From the NCBI RefSeq assembly GCF_009914755.1, contig NC_060937.1: a stretch of 64,000 nt of DNA; one strand, given 5' to 3'. The stretch's first letter is position 1. Each line of letters opens with the position of its first letter. Positions 55,311 through 64,000 of the stretch are shown piece by piece. The stretch is from the human T2T-CHM13v2.0 reference genome, Homo sapiens. A program made the translations under genes and the position numbers. The notes under the pieces are model-generated. The model was not told where the DNA came from, searched no databases, and saw nothing but the letters and a program-made list of their open reading frames with translations.

Positions 55311-56364
55311 TTTTTTAAGATATTTTATCCTTTTAATCCTCTGAAGAGAATAAGTGACCGGCCCAATGTCTCATAGCTAAAGTGTAACCACACTTAGTTT
55401 AAATTCCACATTATTCAGAGTACAAATGTAAAGAAATGAATGTAATTATTCATTTTTAAACAAATTTAACCTTCTGTATGTAGATGATTTAAATGCAATT
55501 TTGGAAATAATGCTGTTCTATAGCGAATGAAAAGAAGTGGTTATTTGAGCTCTATGGATTTTGAAGAACATGGAGAAAGAAGGGTTTATTGTGTCTTTAA
55601 ATCAGAAAGATTATCTTCTTTGTGGAAAAGCTCCAGAAGCTGGAGTCTCCAGATTTATTTCCTGTTACGCTCAGAGAAGATTTAAATAAAGTAAGAAAAT
55701 CCTCTCATGAAAACAGCCTGGTTTGCAAGGCTATCATTTGGATAAGGACACCAAAAATCTGCCTTCCCCTACAGTCTTGACCTCAAGGAAGATGTATTTT
55801 CAGTATAAAATTTAATGTTTTGGTTTAAAATTTGTAGGAATATTAACCTTCTTTTGGTGAAGAAAGTCCAGATTATCTATCAGGATAAAACAATCTTATG
55901 TAATCCAATGGAAACTATAAGAAGAAGATGTTTTGCAAACAAATTGCTAATATGTGAGTCATTTGACTAGACCAACAGGGTGACAAAGCTGAAAGCTTCA
56001 AACTATCTCATGGGCTATTTATGCACTTATTTAAAGACCACCCTGCTATATTGGGTGAAATAACATTGTCTTATTTTCTCATTTATTTATTATGTTGCAA
56101 TAAAGTGTATGTTTCCTCAAAAATAACATTCACACACCAAGAAATAGAATTTTAAATCAGAAAGTTGTCTTGAGGTTTATTTTCAACTCTTCTTGTCAAC
56201 ACTTCTCAATGCTAACTAGATTTAGTGAAACTTCTTTTATAAGCGTGTGAAGACCTTATAAGCAATGACTATCCCTGCTAATATTAACAACAAAGTCTGG
56301 GGCGTGATTGTAAATGACTCTTCATATGCCAAAAGTATTTTATTTTTTGAAGTGTCAAATGCTT

Positions 56365-56680
56365 TTCTTAACTAGCAAATAAAAAATCATATATATTTAT
56401 TGTGTACATGTTGTTTTGAAACATGTATACATTATAGAATGGCTACATAGAGCTAATTAATGTATGTGTTACCTCACATGCTTTTTTTTGTGGTCAGAAC
56501 ACTTAAAATATACCCTCATGGATTTTCAATAACACAACACATTGTTATTAACTGTAGTCACCATGTGACAGTGCGTCTCTTTAACTTATTCCTCCTAAAT
56601 GAAATTTTGTGTCCTTTGATCAATATCTCCTCTACCCCTGCCTCCAGCCCTTGGTAACTACTGTTCTACTCTCTACTTTC
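56365..56680 (-). mobile_element. L1MA 3' end
   Basis: TTTTGTGGTCAGAACACTTAAAAT...CCAGCCCTTGGTAACTACTGTTCTACTCTCTACTT. Confidence 0.85.
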
Positions 56681-57394
56681 AAATCCTTCTTTTATTGCTG
56701 GCTTTACACAATGGCTATAATCATTCCAAGAAGCGACTTCAAAGAAGCCATTTCAAAAAACATTGCCTAAACTAATTTTAAAATAAAGTTGTTGTAAGTT
56801 ATTAAAAAAGAAACAATACATGCTAAGTATAGAAAATTTAGGACTAGAGAATTGTTATTCAAAACATTTCTCTCTTCATGTTTATTTAAGAAATTATATA
56901 ATGCCAAAGAATAAATATTAATTTTCTGAAAGACATCTAAACCATCCAGATATAATATAATCATGGTCATATCAAAATTATTCTATCCATGATCATAACC
57001 ATAGAGAAGAAAAAACCCATACTTGTAAGTTCTTTAATGGTTGTACTGACTTTATTTATACAATGATGGCATCATCCATCTTTCACTGTATATTATTCCA
57101 GTGACCTTTCAGTAACTTGATTTTAAAGATCTTTGTTTCCCTATATCTCAGTCTTCTTCAAGGCCAGTACACATTGGAGGGAAAGCTGTTTTTGCAAGAG
57201 ATGCAGTTTGTGACTGATATAGGCAGGCAAATCAGCCTGAATGGGGCTTATTTTGAGTCCAAGCCTGTTGACTGAAAGAGAGAGGGCTGGAATTTAAGCA
57301 GCACCCACCATAAACTAGGCTATGTCTTTCATCAGCATATCAAGAAAGAAGCTTGGAGGCTCAACTCCTTAAGTTCCTCTACAGAGAGGGTACC

Positions 57395-57883
<489 letters not shown>

Positions 57884-58349
57884 ATACTTCCTTTCCAAGC
57901 ACTAGAGAACTGAGAGATTTATATACAGTTAAAAGGGCCAAAGCAGTGATTTTCAACTATTTTATGAATAAATAATGAAATCTCTGTGTGTGTGCGCATG
58001 CATGAATGTATACAGAAAGAACACGTGAAGATAGACAGAGATACACAGATGGTTTTGGTAGAAAACACCAAGCTTTAAGAACAAATGTAAATATAAAGAT
58101 TAAAGAACTTAGGATTAATACCATGATTGCTTATTCAGAAAAGAGGATTTTTTTTCCTGTAAATTTCATTACTTGAAATCATTTCTCAAAAAGCATTTAG
58201 ATCATCCTTTATTCATATTAAGAGGAATTAATTGCTTTTCATTTCAATTTATTTTTTCTTCAAGTTAGCCAGTTTTTTCCCTAGTATTATAGATTCATGC
58301 TTCATAGACAAGATTAACTTTTTTTAAAAAAAAGTTTAAGTTAGCAACA

Positions 58350-58525
58350 AGAAGGGTATGAAATGATTAAGAGCTTGAACTTTTTCCTTAGATTTCCCGG
58401 ATTCAAATCAACTGCACCTCAGATTTCAGATTTCTCTCCTGTAAAATGAAAGTTGTAGTGATTAAATGAGAAGATACAAATAAAGCACTTAAGATACCTG
58501 ATAAACATTAAATTATAGCTCTTAC
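58350..58525 (+). mobile_element. MIR SINE
   Basis: GATTCAAATC...CTCCTGTAAAATG...GATTAAATGAGAAGATACAAATAAAGCACTT. Confidence 0.65.
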
Positions 58526-59665
58526 ATCAAAATAACATGCAGAAGTGAGCATTTAAATGTCTTAGATAACAAAGATGCTTCAATTATCAACAATTCATAC
58601 TAGACCCGCATTGGATTGTTGAATCAATTCTCCAGTGAATAAAGTATTGATTGCCAATCTCCCTAAATTTTCAAATAAGGGTTTTTAAAAAAATGAATCA
58701 TATTCTATGGGCACAAATGCTCTTTGCCTCTCTATCTTGAAACCACACACCACACCACTCATGAATCACTTGAATCAGTCATTTGGAAGTGTCAAACCAG
58801 CATAACACAATCTAACAGTGTTTGTAATGTTACATCTTAAAAGATTTATCCATAAACAGGCAACATAGAATCATAACAAGCATCTTCCATTTTGTACATA
58901 AAGTATGGGTATTTTGGCAATTTGAGAAGAACTATAGGTGGGGCATTTTGCTTCTCAGATTACTGGTTTAGTGAGGGCTAGGCTAAGTATAATAGCGTTG
59001 AACAATTTATGCCCAGGATCTCAAGAATAAAACTGTATTGCCCCGAGTGGTAGCCCCAAAGCAGTTAGCAATTAGCAATTCTGAGCCTAGGGTTCTTTCT
59101 CTGCTTTCTAACCTCTTGCTGTTATTTGCCTGAGAGTGCTCAAGTCTGCTGATGACTGGCACGTCAAGTTAGAATGAATAAGTGGCAGACTCCATTCCTG
59201 AAACCTGTGGCATCTGGGTGGAATCCGGATTGCCAACATGGCTCAGCTGATTTTGCATGTGCAGCTAGAACTTCCTTATGTAATAATCTGAGGGACTTCA
59301 CGTTACAATGTAACTATTGTAACATGTACCTGTGTTCCTTGCTCTGTGTGATTAACTCAATCCTGAGAAGAGTTGGGTTTGTTCTTAGTTGTCAGTAATA
59401 AAGGAATTACTTTAAGTGCTTAAAGGGATTTCTGAGACCATATGTATGGTAACGCAATGTTATATTGATGAAGCACGGATTCTGACTCATTTATGGATAC
59501 CTAAGATGGGCCATAGACGTTGAAGAGCTCAATAACTATCTGTTGCTTGATGACTGAGTGAAGAAATGTATAAGGCAAAGCCTGGAAGTGAGTGAGTTAG
59601 GCAGGAAAAAGAAAAAATCTGGGTGTAGGTGGAAAGAAAGAAAGAAAGAATTAGGTACCTATTAG

Positions 59666-60247
<582 letters not shown>

Positions 60248-60911
60248 ACTTATCATACTTTGATGTGAGCTCAAGTCACCTGGGATAAAGCTAAAATGAT
60301 TTTGATGCCATCAGTCTGGGTTGGGGCCATTTCTGCATTTCTCACAAGTTCTCAGATGAGTCTGAGAACCACATTATGAATATCAAGATGCCACATACAT
60401 ATTCTAATAAACACTTAAATATTTAACTAGCAACATTTTAAAATTTATCTTCATATCAAGTAAAATTGTTTCATATACCCCATCAGTGGTAAATTCAATG
60501 ATATAAATACAAACACTCTACTGAGGTTAAAAAAAATTAAATTTCCTTTGCTCTCTGGGAATTCACTGCCAAGAAGAAAGATAATTATGTAAGAAATCAA
60601 AGTAACATGTGCTATGGGCTATTCTAGAGCTCTGTACAAAATGCTCTGAGAAAATCCTAGAAATTTGGGGAAAACCATGGAAAAACTGTGTCTCTGAGCA
60701 TGAAAATAATGGTAGTATGTCTTTTGATAGGAAAGAACTAGTTGGAGGGGTTGGAGGGGTAGGAGGGTCAGGGGAGCCCAGAACCTGGGCTGTCTCCTGC
60801 CTGCCCCTACAGTTGTGAAGACTGTGCCCCATGCAATGGAACCCAGCCGAGGGCTGCATGGGTGTGCCACTTGTCCATTTCTGCAGACCTTCAGAAGACT
60901 GCACTGGCCTG

Positions 60912-61257
60912 TGTATTAGTCTGTTTTCATGCTGCTGATAAAGACATACCCGAGACTGGGAAGAAAAAGAGGTTTAATTGACTCATAGTTCCACGTGGCT
61001 GGGAAGGCCTCACAATCATTGGCGGAAGGCAAGGAGGAGCAAGTCACATCTCACATGGATGGCAGCAGGCAAAGAGAGAAATTGTGCAGGGAAACTCCGC
61101 CTTATAAAATCATCAGATCTCATGAGACTTCTTCACTATCATGAGAATAGCAGAGAAAGACCTGCCCCCATGATTCAATTACCTCCCACTGGGTCTCTCC
61201 CACAATATGTGGGAATTCAAGATGAGATTTGGGTGGGGACCCAGCCAAACCTTATCA
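60912..61257 (-). mobile_element. THE1C-like MaLR solo LTR
   Basis: TGTATTAGTC...CCAAACCTTATCA; perfect TSD GCCTG. Confidence 0.93.
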
Positions 61258-61869
61258 GCCTGGAAGGGGGCATCATTTTGGTATCATCCGTCCCCAGATG
61301 GAGAAAAGGTAGCTTTTTCGGCATTTATCTTCCTGGAAGAGGCTCCCTCTTCTTATTCATCTTCCTGGGGGGGGAAGGGGTTGGGCATCTTTATTCTAAT
61401 TTGCACAGACATCATAGAGCTGCTTCCCTGAACTATTTCCTTCCTACCAAAAGACATCCCATCCTTATTTAGTGCCACACACTGTGAATTATGTGCTTAA
61501 TTTCTTGTCAAATGGGGTTCAATTCTATTCTCCTTTCCCAACTTTCTATCCCATTAGCAGAAGGTAAGAGGATGGATCGTTTAGGTGAGGAGAGGAGAGG
61601 ATGAGAAAGCCCTAGTTCCAGCTCTCAGAGATTCTTGGCCTTTCTTTAGTATTCTCTTTACCTTCTGTCACAGGCAGGATAATGGTCCCCCGGAGATGTT
61701 CATGTTCTAATCCCCTGAACTTGTCAATATGTTGTGTTACATGACAAAGGAGAATTAAGGTTGAAAATGGAATTAATGTTGTCAACTGACTGACCTTAAA
61801 ATAGGGAGAATATCTTAGAATATCCAGATGGACCAGCTGTAATCACAAGGCCCCTTAAAATGGAAGAAG

Positions 61870-61953
61870 TCTCGAACTGCCAGCCTCAAGCAATCCTCCC
61901 AGCTCAGCCTTCCAAAGTGCTGGGATTACAGGTGTGAGACACTGCACCTGGAC
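61870..61953 (-). mobile_element. Truncated AluJ/FLAM left-arm fragment (5' about 84 nt only)
   Basis: TCTCGAACT...CTCAAGCAATCCTCCC...CCAAAGTGCTGGGATTACAGG; cut mid-element at the insert junction, no tail. Confidence 0.85.
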
Positions 61954-62220
61954 TAAGATAAATTACTATAAAGTAATATCTGTAAAAAAAAAAAAACAAA
62001 AAGTCAATATATATATAAACTAAGAATTTTCCAATTTTCTTTCTCAGAGAGAAAACTGGCAATTATTATTTCAAATGTATTTTATTAGCCTATATTTATG
62101 TGTTAATTTGAAAAAATAACAGCTTGAGTTCAAGCTGGTATCAGTTTTTTTAAAATTCCTACTAATAAGGCAATAATTTAACCAGATATCATAAGCATAT
62201 ATAAAAACAAAATATTTTGC

Positions 62221-62285
62221 CATTAGAGGCCTGCACACACCCTCAGTGATATGCTCAACAACTTCTTGAATATTTTCTTCAGCAC
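62221..62285 (-). pseudogene. COG6: Isolated unprocessed copy of a 65-nt COG6 coding exon
   Basis: Minus strand ...taattaattttag|GT GCT GAA GAA AAT ATT CAA GAA GTT GTT GAG CAT ATC ACT GAG GGT GTG TGC AGG CCT CTA ATG|gcaaaatattt = (G)[21 protein letters not shown] versus recalled human COG6 [22 protein letters not shown]; acceptor intact, donor position reads GC; no other COG6 exon seen. Confidence 0.88.
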
Positions 62286-62709
62286 CTAAAATTAATTACT
62301 ACACAATTATAATTTGTTTCCATGTTATACCTTGCCTCATATAAGTTCAAAAAACTATCAAACAATAATGCATATGATTAATAGCACTAACAACAACTAA
62401 AATAACCATAACAATATTTCAGTAAGTTCAATACATTTTGAGACATTACTAATTGTGTCAATAACATATTACTGTGATAATTCCTAATATGTGTCTAGAA
62501 AGCCTTGTTAATTCATTTGGCTTAGAGTTAATAAAATGAACGCTATTTCTTTGGGGCGGGGGAAGCAGGAGAGGGAAGCAGGAGAGGAGGTCAGATGGTG
62601 TGATATGAGAAGGACTCCACACTCCTGGCTGGGGGAAGGGGCCGTAAGCCAAAGACTGCAAGCAGCCTCTAGAGGCTAGGAAAGTAAGGAAGTGGATTTT
62701 CTCCTAGAA

Positions 62710-63203
62710 GAGTAATCCCCAGCCTTTTTGGCACCAGGGACCAGTTTTGTGGAAAACAATTTTTCCACGGACTGTGGAGGGTGGATGGTTTCAAGACGGT
62801 TCAAGCGCATTACATTTATTGTGCACTTTATTTCCATTATTATTATGTCGTAATATATAATGAAATGATTATACAACTCACCATAAAGTATAATCAGTCG
62901 GAGCCCTGAGTTTGTTTTCCTGCAACTAGATGGTCCCATCTGGGGGTGATGGAAGACAGTGGCAGATCATGAGACATTAGATTCTCATAAGGAGTGTGCA
63001 ACCTAGATACACAGTTCACAATAGGGTTTGGGCTCTTATGAGAATCTAATGCTGCTCTGATGTGACAGGAGGTGGAGCTCAGGCGGTAATGCCAGTGGAG
63101 CGATGGGGGAGCAGCCTTCAGTACAGATGAAGCTTCTCACCTGCCCGCCACTTACCTGCTGCTGTGCAGTACAGTCCGTGGCCCTGGGGCTTGAGGACCC
63201 CTG
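62710..63203 (+). mobile_element. MER1A (hAT-Charlie)
   Basis: CCCCAGCCTTTTTGGCACCAGGGACCAG...GAGGACCCCTG; perfect 8-bp TSD TCCTAGAA. Confidence 0.92.
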
Positions 63204-63779
63204 TCCTAGAACCTCCAGAAGTAACACAGCCTTGACCACACCTTGATTTTAGCCCAGTTAGACCCACATCAAACTCCTGGCCTGTAGAATTCTAAGATAA
63301 TAAATTTGTGTTGCTTTAAGCCACTAAATGTGTGGTAATTCAGAATAGCAGCAATAGGAAACCAATATGACCTCTCGAGACCCAGAGACCCCTCTGTTTT
63401 GCCTCTTTCTGTTTCCAGGATGCTGCTCTTTCCTGGCTACATCTCCTACTTTTCCTTCACAGTCTCTTTTTCTGGCTTCTCTTTATCTCTAAAAATTGGT
63501 TCTTCTCCAGATTATGCAGTTACTTCCCTTTTCTCACTCTACGGGAATCACAAATTTGCTGGACACGGCCCAGATTCAGATTTCGGATATGTTTTCCTTG
63601 GCCTACACGGTGTTTTTTCACAAGCCAAAGTGAAATGCATTTAGGCGAAGCATGCGTCCTCTAGACTTCCATAACTCACACTACTCCATACTGTATTTTA
63701 CCTGGCCTTCTTCCCTCATTTACATTATTTGCTTTGTCCCTAAATGTTTTGAGTTGAGGATTCTTCTTCTACAACATAC

Positions 63780-64000
63780 ATATGTAATGAGATGTTAAGA
63801 TGTTACTTTGAATAGGATTCATGGGTCACATAAGTTTAGGAAATGCCGTTAGACAAAGGTGGGTTGTTATATGTCAAGAATTAGGAGCCTCGATTATGCT
63901 AATTATCATATATCTGCATAGATAGAGTACATACATGCACACAGTATGCATCTGTATATAGCATTCAGCATATCCCAAACTTATATCCCTATGGGACTTT
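63780..64000. mobile_element. Old hAT-Charlie fragment (MER103/MER113-like)
   Basis: CATAAGTTTAGGAAATGC...ATTATGCTAAT...CAGCATATCCCAAACTTAT. Confidence 0.5.

Larger units (their letters stand above)
61666..63370 (+). mobile_element. MLT1D/E LTR in three pieces (61666-61869, about 62560-62709, 63204-63370)
   Basis: 5' ATAATGGTCCCC...AATCACAAGGCCCCTTAAAATGGAAGA; resumes GAGGAGGTCAGA...GGATTTTCTCCTAGA; 3' CACCTTGATTTTAGCCCAG...GCAGCAATAGGAAAC. Confidence 0.85.

Noticed and set aside
60978-61472. Longest ORF (164 aa)
   Set aside because: Antisense THE1C LTR plus flank; no recognisable domain
62300-62460. A/C-skewed stretch resembling a NUMT
   Set aside because: No mitochondrial gene or tRNA recognised; better explained as intron upstream of the COG6-like exon

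Overview
Primate (very probably human) AT-rich intronic or intergenic DNA. No intact protein-coding gene is visible. The ORF track is explained by Alu/LTR/L1 read-through or chance. The window is a mosaic of Alu, MIR, L1, L2, MaLR/ERVL/ERV1 LTRs, hAT and TcMar DNA transposons and microsatellites. Repeat subfamily names come from recalled consensus sequences, and edges without TSDs are approximate. The most notable item is an isolated 65-nt copy of a COG6 coding exon (62221-62285, minus strand) with intronic flanks and a truncated Alu. It lies in a ~690-bp insert that splits an MLT1D LTR and has no poly(A) or clear TSD, which suggests unspliced gene-fragment capture. Other points: a 117-bp local copy of one LTR segment 2.9 kb away, a 4-copy minisatellite with a hairpin-associated deletion, an Alu inserted into an Alu at a non-canonical site, hAT and pogo/Tc2 transposase fossils, a tentative piggyBac-like fossil, and a short ORF with a Walker A motif that may be chance. 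I see no convincing evidence of a novel multi-gene system.
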